Assembly (NCBI GenBank): GCA_038884755.1
Contig: JAWABJ010000001.1
Location: 416,001 to 480,000, forward strand
Direction of reading: 5' to 3'
Source: Candidatus Norongarragalinales archaeon
GTDB taxonomy: Archaea > Micrarchaeota > Micrarchaeia > Norongarragalinales > Norongarragalinaceae
Length of the DNA stretch: 64,000 nucleotides
Position numbers and translations under genes: made by a program. The notes under the pieces were generated by a model. That model saw nothing but the letters and a program-made list of their open reading frames with translations, made no database searches and was not told the DNA's origin. Of this stretch, positions 48,214 to 58,265 are shown in pieces (position 1 is the first letter of the stretch; each line of letters starts with the position of its first letter).

Positions 48214-49313
48214 CTTGCGACACTCTCCAGGGTTTTTAGGAAACGTGTTGAAAGCTTGTTCCAATCGTAATTTTTTGCTTTCGCGAACCCGCAAGCGCCT
48301 AGCTTGGACGAAAGGCGTCCGTCGCACAACAGCTTTTCAACAGCATTAGCGTATTCACTTGCGCTGGAAGCGTAAAGCACGCAGTTGCCTGCAATCGTTT
48401 CCACTTCGGCAATGCGAGAAGACACTACGGGCTTGCGCAAAGCCCAATATTCGAATAGCTTTATCGGGCATACAGCGTCGGTAAGCTCGTTCTTGTAGAA
48501 GGGAATGATGCATGCGTTCATGGAAGCCATCCACTGGAAAGACTGCGGTTGGGGAACGAACTGGTGGGAAACGAAAACATTCTTCATTTTTTTAGAAGCA
48601 TCCTCCAGTTTTTTCCTCTGCAGTCCGTCTCCGATGAAATAGAAATGCACGCCCTTCATTTCTTTCGCCGCGCCCAACACCGAGTCGAAGTCCACCCATT
48701 TTCCGAACCCGCCCACGAAACCCACCGCGGGAGTTTTCACTTTCCCGCGCTTGAGGGGGACGGGTTTTTCACCCGAGATTTTTTTCACGTCAGCACCGTT
48801 CGGGATTAGCACAACGTTCTTGTTGTGCCTTCCCGCGTCTTCAAACAATTCGAATGCAGTAGAGACGATCAAATCGCTGGTTTTCATCGCGTCGAGCACC
48901 GACAGTCTCGAAGCAATCCGCTCGAGAGGGTTGGAGCGGAAGGCGTGAATCAAATCGATGTAGTCGAAAACCAGCGGCACTCCATGTTTTTTCAGTTCGC
49001 GACGCGCTAGCTTGCAGCCCCACGGAGAATAGAAAACCGCAACGTCTGCCCAGTCCGCGTAGCGCGACGCGTGCTTCAAAAAGTGCTTTTCCCTGTTCAC
49101 CAGTTCGGAGGCGGGGTTTTTCGCTGCTGCTATTCCGCCCACGACCGAAACGTTTTTCGGAATTCGCCTGTCGAGGTTTTCGGTCTTGTAAACCTTTTGC
49201 TCCGGTCCGTCTATCCAAACCACGTTTGCTTTACCGCGAGTCAGGCTTTTGAACCTGACAGCCGAACCGTCGAGGCTAGAGTATTTCCCTGCGGCGAAAA
49301 CCAAAACGTTCAT
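48210..49313 (-). CDS. glycosyltransferase (GT-B)
   Basis: IPNG.D, PIKLFEY.A..KPVV. Confidence 0.87.
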   Translation of the reverse strand: MNVLVFAAGKYSSLDGSAVRFKSLTRGKANVVWIDGPEQKVYKTENLDRRIPKNVSVVGGIAAAKNPASELVNREKHFLKHASRYADWADVAVFYSPWGCKLARRELKKHGVPLVFDYIDLIHAFRSNPLERIASRLSVLDAMKTSDLIVSTAFELFEDAGRHNKNVVLIPNGADVKKISGEKPVPLKRGKVKTPAVGFVGGFGKWVDFDSVLGAAKEMKGVHFYFIGDGLQRKKLEDASKKMKNVFVSHQFVPQPQSFQWMASMNACIIPFYKNELTDAVCPIKLFEYWALRKPVVSSRIAEVETIAGNCVLYASSASEYANAVEKLLCDGRLSSKLGACGFAKAKNYDWNKLSTRFLKTLESVAR

Positions 49314-49330
49314 TTTTCCCACTTTCCCGA

Positions 49331-50659
49331 TTACTCCAGGTTTTTGTCCATTCCAACTCGCTTGTACGCTTTTCCTTTGAAGTCGTTGCGGTCGAACAAG
49401 AACGCCGCGTCGACTATCGCGCTCGAGCTTATTTGCGAGGGCTTGATTTTTTTGAACTCTTCGTGCGCGACAAGGAAAAGGACGCAGTCAGCGTTCAACG
49501 CTTCCCGAATCGAAACCGCCGAGTCGTGAACTTTAGCTAGGTTAACCTCGTTCACGTACGGGTCGCATATGCTTACCCGAGCTCCGCGCTTCAAAAGCTC
49601 GGGTATTATTGCCCTCGAGGGAGCTTGCCTCACGTCGTCCACGTTTTCCTTGTAAGCGACGCCCATTACAGCAACCGAGCTTCCGCGCAAGGTTTTCCCT
49701 GCGTCGCCCAGCGCGGTTTCAACTAAATCGACGGTGTGCAAAGGCATGGAGTCGTTGAGCCTGCGCGCGGTCATTATGAGCGTGGGGTAGAATCCGTTTT
49801 CCTGCGAGGCTTTTAGGATGTAGTAAGGGTTGTTTGGAAGGCAGTGTCCGCCTACGCCTGCCGAAGGTTTTGCCTTGTAAAAATTCCATTTGGAAGAACA
49901 CGCTTCGAGGATTTCCTTGACGTCTATTCCGGTCTTCTCGCAAATCAACGCTATTTCGTTTATGTAAGCTATGTTCACGTCGCGCTGCGTGTTTTCAACT
50001 AGCTTTGAAAGCTCGGCGGTATCAGCGTTGGAAACCAAGACTATTCGAGCGTCGACAACGCTTTCGTACAACGCTTTTGCCACGCGTCCGCTTTGCGCGT
50101 CCACTCCGCCCACCACGCGCGGCGTCACCATTACGTTGTGCTCGTTGTCGCCGGGATTCAAGCGTTCGGGACAGTGCGCGAGGAAAAAGTCTTTACCGCA
50201 CGCGAGCCCGCTTTCCTTCTCGAGCAAAGGCTTGACTACGGTTCGGCACGCGCCAGGATAGACCGTACTTTCTATCACTACCAGCGAGTCCTTGCGCAGT
50301 CCTTTCGCCACGCTCGCGCACGCGTTTTTCACGAAAGTCAAGTCCGGCTCGCCCCCTTCCGCAGGAGTGGGAACCGAAATGATTATCACGTCGCTTTCCT
50401 TCGCCGCTTGCGCCGCGTCCAGAGTCGCCTTGAGCCTGCCGGTTGCGAAAACGCGCGGCACGCTCTCGTTCAAAATCGGGTCGTTAATGTGGCTTTTTCC
50501 AGCGTTCGTCAAATCGACGATGCGCGGGCTTACGTCTGCGGCTATGACGCCGAAACCTTTTTCAGCAAAGAGGACTGCGTTAGGCAAGCCCACGTACCCT
50601 ACTCCAACAATGCAGACGACCGCTTTTTTCGACTTTATTTTTTCTTCAAGCAAAACCAT
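49331..50659 (-). CDS. UDP-N-acetylhexosamine 6-dehydrogenase (WbpA/WecC-like)
   Basis: G.GYVGLP, ESTVYPG, PER.NPG, ENT.RDVNIA, GVGGHC. Confidence 0.92.
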   Translation of the reverse strand: MVLLEEKIKSKKAVVCIVGVGYVGLPNAVLFAEKGFGVIAADVSPRIVDLTNAGKSHINDPILNESVPRVFATGRLKATLDAAQAAKESDVIIISVPTPAEGGEPDLTFVKNACASVAKGLRKDSLVVIESTVYPGACRTVVKPLLEKESGLACGKDFFLAHCPERLNPGDNEHNVMVTPRVVGGVDAQSGRVAKALYESVVDARIVLVSNADTAELSKLVENTQRDVNIAYINEIALICEKTGIDVKEILEACSSKWNFYKAKPSAGVGGHCLPNNPYYILKASQENGFYPTLIMTARRLNDSMPLHTVDLVETALGDAGKTLRGSSVAVMGVAYKENVDDVRQAPSRAIIPELLKRGARVSICDPYVNEVNLAKVHDSAVSIREALNADCVLFLVAHEEFKKIKPSQISSSAIVDAAFLFDRNDFKGKAYKRVGMDKNLE

Positions 50660-50682
50660 GTTTACACCTTTTTCCGCAATGT

Positions 50683-51609
50683 TCATTTCCTGAAAGAATT
50701 CACTGTTTCCTTCAACCCTTCTTCCAGCGAGCGGGATGCGGAAAAGCCGAGAATTTTTTTTGCCTTGGAAACGTCTATCGCGTTTCTCAGAGGGTCGCCG
50801 GGAATGGGTTCGGAATGCACTACAACCGCCGTTTTCCCCGTTATTTTTTCCAACGCACGCGCGATTTCAAGCACGCTCGATTCTTTAGCGTAAGCGATGT
50901 TGAAAATCTCGCCCGCAGCTTTTTTGCTCTTCCAGGCGGCAATCGTTCCCTCGACAGTGTCCTTCACGAAAGTGAACTGTCTTTTTTGCTTTCCGCTTCC
51001 GAAAACTTGCAAGGGCTTTCCTGAAAGCACTGCGCCCACGAATTTAGGAATTACTGCGGCGTAAGGAATGTCGGAACGCTGCCTAGGCCCGTAAACGCTC
51101 ACGTAGCGCAGTGAAACCGTTTCCACCCCGTAAAGCGAATTGTAAACTCGGCAATACTCTTCGCCCGCAAGTTTTCCAACGCCATAAGGGTGCAAAGGAT
51201 GCAGCGCCTGCTCTTCCCTGTTTTTCTCGCTTCCTCCTCCGTAAACGCTGGATGAAGAAGCGAATATCATGCGCTTCACGCCGTTCTTGCGGCACGCTTC
51301 AAGCACGTTCAGAGTGCCGGTGACGTTCACCTCATTCGCTTCAAGCGGGTCTTTGATGCTTCGCATTGCCCGGTTCATGGCAGCCAAATGAAACACCGCA
51401 TCTGCGCCCTCAAAAACTTTTTCAACGAGCGAAAGGTTTCGAACGTCGCCTTTCACGAATTCCGCTCCCGAGGCTCGCAGCACGTCGAGATTCTGCCCGC
51501 CCACGCTCAAGTCGTCCAAAACCCAAACGTCGTTGCCCTGCTTCGCCAAAGCTTCGCTCAAGTGGCTTCCTATGAACCCTGCGCCACCAGTCACTACAAC
51601 TTTCACCAA
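50683..51609 (-). CDS. NDP-sugar epimerase/dehydratase
   Basis: TGGAGFIGS, SSSSVYG, YGVGK. Confidence 0.9.
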   Translation of the reverse strand: MVKVVVTGGAGFIGSHLSEALAKQGNDVWVLDDLSVGGQNLDVLRASGAEFVKGDVRNLSLVEKVFEGADAVFHLAAMNRAMRSIKDPLEANEVNVTGTLNVLEACRKNGVKRMIFASSSSVYGGGSEKNREEQALHPLHPYGVGKLAGEEYCRVYNSLYGVETVSLRYVSVYGPRQRSDIPYAAVIPKFVGAVLSGKPLQVFGSGKQKRQFTFVKDTVEGTIAAWKSKKAAGEIFNIAYAKESSVLEIARALEKITGKTAVVVHSEPIPGDPLRNAIDVSKAKKILGFSASRSLEEGLKETVNSFRK

Positions 51610-51673
51610 ACCACCCTGCACAACAAAAACAACGCTACGAGGCAAAAAGTGCCAGTAAGCATAACTATACAAA

Positions 51674-51714
51674 ATGTAAAGCTTTATATACTTAATGTAA
51701 ATACTACTTTACAT
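51674..51714. promoter_or_regulatory. operator-like inverted repeats in a divergent promoter
   Basis: ATGTAAAGCTTTATAT (51674-51689) and ATGTAAA-N6-TTTACAT (51695-51714) overlapping the XRE start codon. Confidence 0.6.
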
Positions 51715-51898
51715 GAAGAATCGCTTGAGAGAGTATCGGGCAAGGCAGAATCTCACGCAGGATGATTTGGCGAAAAAAGTTCACGTAACCCGCCAAACCA
51801 TCATTGCAATAGAGAACGAGAAATACAACCCTTCGCTCGAACTCGCCTTCAAGCTTTCTAAAATCTTCGGATGCAAGATAGAAGATTTGTTCAACTGA
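51713..51898 (+). CDS. XRE-family HTH regulator
   Basis: NRL..YR....TQ..LA..V.VTRQTI..IE..KY.PSL.LA. Confidence 0.93.
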   Translation: MKNRLREYRARQNLTQDDLAKKVHVTRQTIIAIENEKYNPSLELAFKLSKIFGCKIEDLFN

Positions 51899-51913
51899 CG
51901 GGGGGGTGGTGGA

Positions 51914-52285
51914 ATGAGAATGAAAAACGTGGTTTTGAGCTTGGCTTTCACGCTCTTGCTTTACTTTTCCTACGTCAACCGCTATTCCATAGGCAATTTG
52001 GAGTTTCTAGTGGTTTTCTTCGGGCTGTTGACTGCAGGCGGGTTTTTCGCCTACCGCGAGTGGATTTCCAGGGACGAAATAAAGAGCGACGAGCGGACGC
52101 AACTCATGGCAGGCAAGGCAGCGCGCTTCACACTCCTCGCGAGCCTCGTGCTGATAATAATAATACTAGCTTTCCTCGCTTACACCGGCCGGCCGACCAG
52201 CGCAAACGGAGTGCTTGCAGTACTGCTCGGAATCATGAGCTTGGTTTACAGCGTGGCTTATGCGTATCTAGAGTATAAAACGTAA
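51914..52285 (+). CDS. DUF2178-like membrane protein
   Basis: DER...IA.KA-like motif with TM helices; usual partner of this XRE type. Confidence 0.7.
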   Translation: MRMKNVVLSLAFTLLLYFSYVNRYSIGNLEFLVVFFGLLTAGGFFAYREWISRDEIKSDERTQLMAGKAARFTLLASLVLIIIILAFLAYTGRPTSANGVLAVLLGIMSLVYSVAYAYLEYKT

Positions 52286-52388
52286 CCCCTCTGTGGTGGG
52301 AAGACAGGAGAGCGCCTTGTGAAAGTGAGACCCCCTCCTTTGCACGGCGCCTCCTCGAATCCCTCTCTTGCATTCCAGGTTTTTTCTC

Positions 52389-53483
52389 ATGGCCTTCAAA
52401 GTTTTGAATGTCGTCGGCGCAAGGCCGAACTTTATGAAAATCGCGCCAATAATGCGCGAAATGCAAAAACGCCAGTCTTTCTTCAACCCGGTGCTCGTGC
52501 ACACGGGACAGCATTACGATTTTGAAATGAACAAGGTTTTTTTCGAGCAGCTCGGAATTCCCGAGCCCGACCATTTTCTCGGCGTAGGCTCGGCTTCGCA
52601 CGCGGCGCAGACGGCCAACATAATGCTGGGTTTCGAAAAAGTTTTGCTGGAAGAAAAGCCGGATTTGGTGCTGGTGGTGGGCGACGTGAATTCCACCCTC
52701 GCATGCGCGCTCGTCGCCGTGAAAGAACGCCATGCAGTCGCTCACGTGGAAGCGGGGTTGCGCAGCAACGACTGGCGCATGCCTGAAGAAATAAACAGGA
52801 TTTTGACAGACAAAATGTCAAAGTTTTTGTTCACTACTTCGAAAGACGCTGACGAAAACTTGAAGAACGAAGGCATTACTGAAGGAATCCACTTCGTCGG
52901 CAATACCATGATAGATTCGCTGAGGATTTTCGAAAGACAAGCTGAAAAAAACGAGAGCGAAAAGAAGTTCGGATTGGAGAAAGGAGAATTCGCTCTCGTA
53001 ACCCTCCATAGGCCGGAAAACGTGGACGACGCGAAATCGCTCGGGAAGGTTGTCAAAATGGTTTCGACTGCATCTTCCTTCACTAAAATCGTTTTCCCGG
53101 TGCACCCGCGTACTAAAAGCAAGCTCGAACAAACGGGTTTGAACGAAAAGCTTTCGGAAAAAGGAGTCGTTCTTGCCGAACCGCTCGGCTATCTCGAGTT
53201 TTTGAACTTGGAGGCGAAAGCGAAGTTCGTCTTGACGGACTCCGGCGGAATACAGGAGGAGACGACCGTGCTAGGCGTTCCTTGCTTTACCGCAAGGCGT
53301 AGCACCGAAAGGCCGGTAACGGTTTCGGAAGGGACGAACACCATAGTGGGTTTGGACGCGAAGCTTCTGAAAAGCGAGTTGGAAAAGCTTTACGCCGGAA
53401 GAGGAAAGAAGGGGAGGATTCCCGAAAAGTGGGACGGCAAAGCCGCCGAAAGAATCTGCGGGGTTTTACAAAAGGGTTTATAG
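52389..53483 (+). CDS. wecB: non-hydrolysing UDP-HexNAc 2-epimerase (WecB/WbpI-like)
   Basis: GARPNF.K, HTGQHYD, HVEAGLRS, TLHRP.N, TDSGG.QEE. Confidence 0.92.
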   Translation: MAFKVLNVVGARPNFMKIAPIMREMQKRQSFFNPVLVHTGQHYDFEMNKVFFEQLGIPEPDHFLGVGSASHAAQTANIMLGFEKVLLEEKPDLVLVVGDVNSTLACALVAVKERHAVAHVEAGLRSNDWRMPEEINRILTDKMSKFLFTTSKDADENLKNEGITEGIHFVGNTMIDSLRIFERQAEKNESEKKFGLEKGEFALVTLHRPENVDDAKSLGKVVKMVSTASSFTKIVFPVHPRTKSKLEQTGLNEKLSEKGVVLAEPLGYLEFLNLEAKAKFVLTDSGGIQEETTVLGVPCFTARRSTERPVTVSEGTNTIVGLDAKLLKSELEKLYAGRGKKGRIPEKWDGKAAERICGVLQKGL

Positions 53484-53509
53484 TTTTTGCAATTCAAATC
53501 GTGATTGGG

Positions 53510-54448
53510 TTGGTTTCCGGACAAAGGATTTTGGTGACTGGCGGGGCGGGATTCATAGGCTCCAACCTAGCGAAAGCGTTGTCAGAAAAAAACACGGTTT
53601 ACATAGTGGACGATTTGAGCGAGGGGTTCAAGGAAAACATTCGCTCGCTTCCCGTCGCATTTTTCAAGAACGACATTCGCAACGAAAAATTCATGCGCAC
53701 TTTGTTCGAAAAACACAAGTTCAATTACGTCTTTCACCTTGCGGCGAGCTTCGCCAACCAAAAAAGCGTGGACGACCCCGTTTTGGATTTGGAAGTCAAC
53801 GGCGTAGCCACCCTGAAACTCCTGCAGTTGGCGAAAGAATTCGGAACAAAGAAATTCGTTTACTCCTCTTCGTCGTGCGTTTACGGCTCCACCGACGAAG
53901 CAATGAAAGAGGACTTCAAACCCAAGCCGGAAACTCCTTACGCAATCACCAAGCTTTTGGGCGAAGAGTACGCAAAGTTTTTCGCAGACTACCACAAGCT
54001 CGATGCTGTCAGCGTGCGTTACTTCAACGTTTTCGGGCCTAACGAATACCCCGGGCCCTACCGCAACGTAATCCCGAAATTTTTCGCGCTGGCGAGGCAG
54101 AAAAAACCGCTGGTGATTACCGGCACCGGAGACGAAACGCGCGATTTCACGTTCGTTGAAGACGCGGTAGAAGCGACAATCCTGGTGGCTGAAAAGGGAG
54201 AGACTGGCGAGGTTTACAACGTTGGAAGCGGCAGGGAAACCAAAATCATCGAACTCGCCAGAGAAATAAACGAAATCGCCGGCAACGCGGGCAACGTTCA
54301 AAAAACAGAACGCAGGGCTTGGGACCGCATTTCACGCCGCCTTGCGGACAATTCGAAAATCAAGGCGCTGGGGTGGAAGCCGAAAACGAGTTTGCGCGAG
54401 GGACTGGAAAAAACGTTCGCTTGGTTCAACGAAAGCGTGAGAGAGTGA
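53510..54448 (+). CDS. NDP-sugar epimerase/dehydratase
   Basis: TGGAGFIGS, SSSCVYG, YAITK. Confidence 0.9.
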   Translation: MVSGQRILVTGGAGFIGSNLAKALSEKNTVYIVDDLSEGFKENIRSLPVAFFKNDIRNEKFMRTLFEKHKFNYVFHLAASFANQKSVDDPVLDLEVNGVATLKLLQLAKEFGTKKFVYSSSSCVYGSTDEAMKEDFKPKPETPYAITKLLGEEYAKFFADYHKLDAVSVRYFNVFGPNEYPGPYRNVIPKFFALARQKKPLVITGTGDETRDFTFVEDAVEATILVAEKGETGEVYNVGSGRETKIIELAREINEIAGNAGNVQKTERRAWDRISRRLADNSKIKALGWKPKTSLREGLEKTFAWFNESVRE

Positions 54449-54454
54449 TTTGTA

Positions 54455-54967
54455 ATGGCTGAATTTTTCGTGCATTCTACAGCCGAAGTGTCTCCCAAGG
54501 CGAAAATCGGAAAGGGCGCGAAAATATGGAATTACGCGCAAGTGCGCGAAGACGCGGAAATAGGCGAAAACTGCATAGTGGGAAAGAACGCGTACATAGA
54601 CTTCGGAGTTAAAATCGGAAAAAATTGCAAGATTCAAAATAATTGCAGCGTTTATCACGGTGCGGAAATTGAAGACGGAGTTTTTCTCGGTCCACACTGC
54701 ATCATTACTAACGACAAGCATCCGCGCGCTGTGAATCCAGACTTGAGTTTGAAAAGCGCGAGCGACTGGAAAGTTGAAAAAGTTTTGATTAAAAAAGGCG
54801 CCGCGCTCGGCGCCGGAACCATAGTCCTTCCGGGCGTTACGGTCGGCGAGTGGGCGATGATAGGCTCGGGAAGCGTAGTGACGAAAGACATTCCTGACTT
54901 CACCCTGGCTTACGGAAACCCCGCGCGCGCGACAGGGAAAGTGAACAAGCAAGGGCTGAAAGTTTGA
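54455..54967 (+). CDS. hexapeptide N-acetyltransferase (WbpD-like)
   Basis: A.IG...IW, KIQNN.SVY, TND..PR, GNPAR. Confidence 0.9.
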   Translation: MAEFFVHSTAEVSPKAKIGKGAKIWNYAQVREDAEIGENCIVGKNAYIDFGVKIGKNCKIQNNCSVYHGAEIEDGVFLGPHCIITNDKHPRAVNPDLSLKSASDWKVEKVLIKKGAALGAGTIVLPGVTVGEWAMIGSGSVVTKDIPDFTLAYGNPARATGKVNKQGLKV

Positions 54968-54971
54968 GGCA

Positions 54972-56066
54972 ATGAAAATGATTTCAATCGCAAAACCTCT
55001 CGTCTCAAGCGAAGAAATCGAAGCGGCGAAACGCGCGTTGGAAAGCGGAATGCTCACTGGGGGGCCGCTCGTCGAAGAATTCGAAAAGAAACTCGCCGAG
55101 TATTGCAATTACAAGCACGCGATTGCAGTCAACAGCGGAACCGCCGCGTTGCACGTGGCGGCAGCCGCTTTGGGAATAAAGCAAGGCGACTGCATCATCA
55201 CCCCCGACTTTACGTTCATTGCCACCGCCAACACGGCGCGTTATCTCAACGCAACGCCGTTGTTTGCGGACGTTGATTCCAAAACGTTCAACATCGACGC
55301 GCGAAGCTTGAACGAGGTTGCCAAGAAAAACAAGAACGTTAAAGCAATCATTCCCGTTTCACTGTACGGACAAGCGTATGCAGTAGACGAAGTAAAGGAG
55401 GTTGCAGAAAAATTCTCTTTGAAGATAATTAGCGACAACGCCCAGGCGATCGGAACCGAGTGGAATGGTAACAGGAATTTCGGGGACCATTGTGCGGTTC
55501 TTTCTTTTTATCCTACGAAAAACATTACGACTTGCGAAGGGGGGGCGGTGCTCACGGACGACCCGGCAATCGCGGAAGAATGCAGGCTTTGGCGAAACAT
55601 CGGACAGCGCAAGCCCTACGATTATGTGCATTTGGGCTACAACTTTCGCTTGAACGCGGTGAGCGCGGCGATCGGAATAGAACAGCTGAAAAAACTCGAC
55701 GCGATTACTGAAAAGCGCAGGGCAAACGCGAGAGTGATGAACGAGCTTTTGCAAGGAGTTGAAGGCGTGGAAACGCCTTTCGAGCACGCGAACGCAAAGC
55801 ACGTTTACAACCAGTACACCATACGCGTGAAAGGCGGAAAGCGCGACGCGCTGAAAGAGTTTCTCGCCAAAAGCCAAGTGGGCAGCGCGGTATACTACCC
55901 CACGCCTTTGAGCGGGCTGGAAACGTTCAAGCAATACTCGCAAGGCGTTGACAATAAAGTTGCGGCTGAATTAAGCGGGCAAGTGCTATCCCTGCCAATC
56001 CATCCGGGCGTTTCCGAAGAAAACTTGAAGTTTATCGCTGCTAAAATCAAGGAGTTTTTAAGATGA
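54972..56066 (+). CDS. DegT-family aminotransferase (WbpE-like)
   Basis: NSGTAALH, SFYPTKN.TT.EGG, SLPIHP. Confidence 0.92.
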   Translation: MKMISIAKPLVSSEEIEAAKRALESGMLTGGPLVEEFEKKLAEYCNYKHAIAVNSGTAALHVAAAALGIKQGDCIITPDFTFIATANTARYLNATPLFADVDSKTFNIDARSLNEVAKKNKNVKAIIPVSLYGQAYAVDEVKEVAEKFSLKIISDNAQAIGTEWNGNRNFGDHCAVLSFYPTKNITTCEGGAVLTDDPAIAEECRLWRNIGQRKPYDYVHLGYNFRLNAVSAAIGIEQLKKLDAITEKRRANARVMNELLQGVEGVETPFEHANAKHVYNQYTIRVKGGKRDALKEFLAKSQVGSAVYYPTPLSGLETFKQYSQGVDNKVAAELSGQVLSLPIHPGVSEENLKFIAAKIKEFLR

Positions 56067-56082
56067 GAGGACGAAAGGGGAA

Positions 56083-57066
56083 ATGAAGGTTTTGGTGATT
56101 GGCAACGGCGCCATGGGGCGCAACCACGTTCGCGTGTACAGCGAAAACCACAGGGTAGACCAAGTTATAGTGTACGACACTTTGCCAGAGTCGTTGGAAA
56201 GCGTGAGGAAAGTCCAGAAAACAAGGGCGTTTTCCGACTTGGGGAAAGCGCTGGCGGAAAAACCCGACTGCGCGGTTGTGGCGGTTCCAACCAAATACCA
56301 TTACGAGATAGCCTTGAAGGTTTTGGACGCGAAAATTCCTTTGCTCGTCGAAAAACCCATTACTGAAAGCTTGGATGAAGGCAAGAAGCTGGTTGAAAAG
56401 GCAGAAAGGCAGAACGCGCTTTTGCTGGCGGGGCACATAGAACGCTTCAACCCCGCGGTTCAGGCGTTGAAACGCAACTTGCATTTGATAGGCGAATTGT
56501 TTTACGCGTCCGCCCACCGCTTCGGCGTGCCTACGCAGCGCGACGTCGGAGACTCGTTCCTCGACCAGGCGGTGCACGACATCGACGTTATTTCCTTCCT
56601 GTACGGCAAGCCGCCGAAGGAAGTTTCCGCAATCGAAAGGAAAATCGTCGACGCTAAAAGCAACGACTTGTGCAGCGCGTTGTTCGAGTTCGACGGGTTC
56701 ACTGCGACGGTCGAAGCGAATCGCGTCACGCCAATCAAAAACCGCGACTTGATTTTACTCGGAACGAAAGGCGCGGCGAAGCTCGACTACATCACGCAGG
56801 ACCTGACGATTTTCATGTCGGACAACCTCGACACTAAATTCAGTTCTTTCGACGAAATAGTCTTGCGCGTGGGAAGGGGGACGGAAGTAAAGCCGTATTT
56901 CGTGAAAGACGAGCCTCTGCGCGTCGAGGCGAACCACTTTTTGGACTGTGTGGAAGGCAAGGCAAAGCCTATGATTTCCGGGCGCGAAGCGCTTTATGCC
57001 GTCGCAGCTGCGCAAGCGGGGCAAAAGTCTGCGAAAGAAGGGAAGAAAGAAAAAATCAGCGTTTGA
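56083..57066 (+). CDS. Gfo/Idh/MocA oxidoreductase (WbpB-like)
   Basis: G.G.MG.NH.R, VEKPI, GHIERFNPA, VHDID. Confidence 0.9.
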   Translation: MKVLVIGNGAMGRNHVRVYSENHRVDQVIVYDTLPESLESVRKVQKTRAFSDLGKALAEKPDCAVVAVPTKYHYEIALKVLDAKIPLLVEKPITESLDEGKKLVEKAERQNALLLAGHIERFNPAVQALKRNLHLIGELFYASAHRFGVPTQRDVGDSFLDQAVHDIDVISFLYGKPPKEVSAIERKIVDAKSNDLCSALFEFDGFTATVEANRVTPIKNRDLILLGTKGAAKLDYITQDLTIFMSDNLDTKFSSFDEIVLRVGRGTEVKPYFVKDEPLRVEANHFLDCVEGKAKPMISGREALYAVAAAQAGQKSAKEGKKEKISV

Positions 57067-57979
57067 CTTTCACGCTTTTCTTCGCCGCGTTTTTCCGAAC
57101 GAAAAACCACCCGCCTACTGCCGAGTCTGCAAGCAAATCAACAAAACGAATCAACAGCATTGCGCCCGCCGCTTGCGGAACGGTGAAAGCCAGAAATGCA
57201 GTGAAAAGCAGTATTCCACCTCCTTCCTGCAGCCCGAATCCGGAAATCGACAGTGGAACGAACGACAGTGCGGTTAGCAAAGCGCTTGTCACTACCAGTT
57301 CTGCTATCCCCGCGTTCAGGCCTACCGCGTTCAGCACGAAAAGCCACTCCAAGCCCCTCAAAACCGCGCCTATTGCACTCAAGCCTATGGAAGAAAGCAA
57401 TTGCGCCAAGGAAGTTTTCTGCTTGAAAACCGCGTCATAAGCGCCTTCAAGCTTTTTCCCGTAGAAAGGCAGTTTGGAAATGGCTTCGGCGAAAAAGTCG
57501 ATGCGGTAGAAAAGCAAAGCCATCGCGATTGCTGAAGCTCCCAACACTAGCAAGCCCACCTGCCCGAAGTCTTGCGAAAAGAGGAAAACAGCTGCCAGCG
57601 CGAGCAGCCCGCGCACTACGAAGTCGGAGGCGAGCGAAACGCCCAAAACTTTCGCGGCCCTCCCGCCTTTCAAGCCTTTCTTGCGCATGTCGAAAATGAA
57701 GAAAGAATATCCGATTCTGCCAGGAGTCGCGTCGCTAGCCAGCATTGCTTTCATGTGGGAAGAAAACACCGAAAGGAAGGCGAAGGAAGGCAAAAGCATC
57801 TTGTACCTCATGCCTTGCAAAACGTGCGCCGCAAGGTACGAGACTATTGCCGCAAGCAGGTAGTACGGGTTTGAAGAGGACAACTGCGAAAGCAGGGAGT
57901 TGAAGTCGAAAGAGTAAAGGAGCAAAGCCAGGAAAACCGCGGCAATCACGAAGTTTGCGATTACGAAAACGTTCTTCAT
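57056..57979 (-). CDS. UPF0104/lysylphosphatidylglycerol-synthase TM (flippase-like) protein
   Basis: R...LL, TPGR.G, P..SG.G..EG pattern; multi-TM. Confidence 0.8.
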   Translation of the reverse strand: MKNVFVIANFVIAAVFLALLLYSFDFNSLLSQLSSSNPYYLLAAIVSYLAAHVLQGMRYKMLLPSFAFLSVFSSHMKAMLASDATPGRIGYSFFIFDMRKKGLKGGRAAKVLGVSLASDFVVRGLLALAAVFLFSQDFGQVGLLVLGASAIAMALLFYRIDFFAEAISKLPFYGKKLEGAYDAVFKQKTSLAQLLSSIGLSAIGAVLRGLEWLFVLNAVGLNAGIAELVVTSALLTALSFVPLSISGFGLQEGGGILLFTAFLAFTVPQAAGAMLLIRFVDLLADSAVGGWFFVRKNAAKKSVKVKR

Positions 57980-58010
57980 CCCCCCACGACCAAACCCCGC
58001 TCTTTCATCC

Positions 58011-58103
58011 GCGTTTCGTTACTTGATTTTTCTTTTCTTTCTTTAACTTAATTTTTCTTTCTTTCGTTAACGTTTCTTTCTTTTTCGCAAAAAAGAAAGA
58101 AAG
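58011..58103 (-). repeat. AT-rich hairpin/REP-like element downstream of tRNA-Ala
   Basis: Minus strand TTTCTTTCTTTTTT-GCGA-AAAAGAAAGAAA followed by repeated AAAGAAAGAAAA units. Confidence 0.6.
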
Positions 58104-58108
58104 GTTAG

Positions 58109-58180
58109 TGGACTCGGCGGGATTTGAACCCGCGGCCTCATCGTTGCGAACGATGCGATCTACCGCTGATCTACGAGCCC
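58109..58180 (-). tRNA. tRNA-Ala (CGC)
   Basis: GGGCTCG..CGAGTCC with G3:U70, CATCG-TTCGCAA-CGATG, GGTTCAAATCCC. Confidence 0.95.
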
Positions 58181-58265
58181 AACTTGAGAAAGCTCGTGCT
58201 GAACACTCGCAGCCAAGCTAAAGTTCCGAAAAAGAATTTGCAGGCTACACGTTCTTAAACAATGC

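Noticed and set aside
58011..58103. CRISPR array
   Set aside because: Low-complexity units without regular repeat-spacer periodicity; no cas genes or arrays recognised in the window
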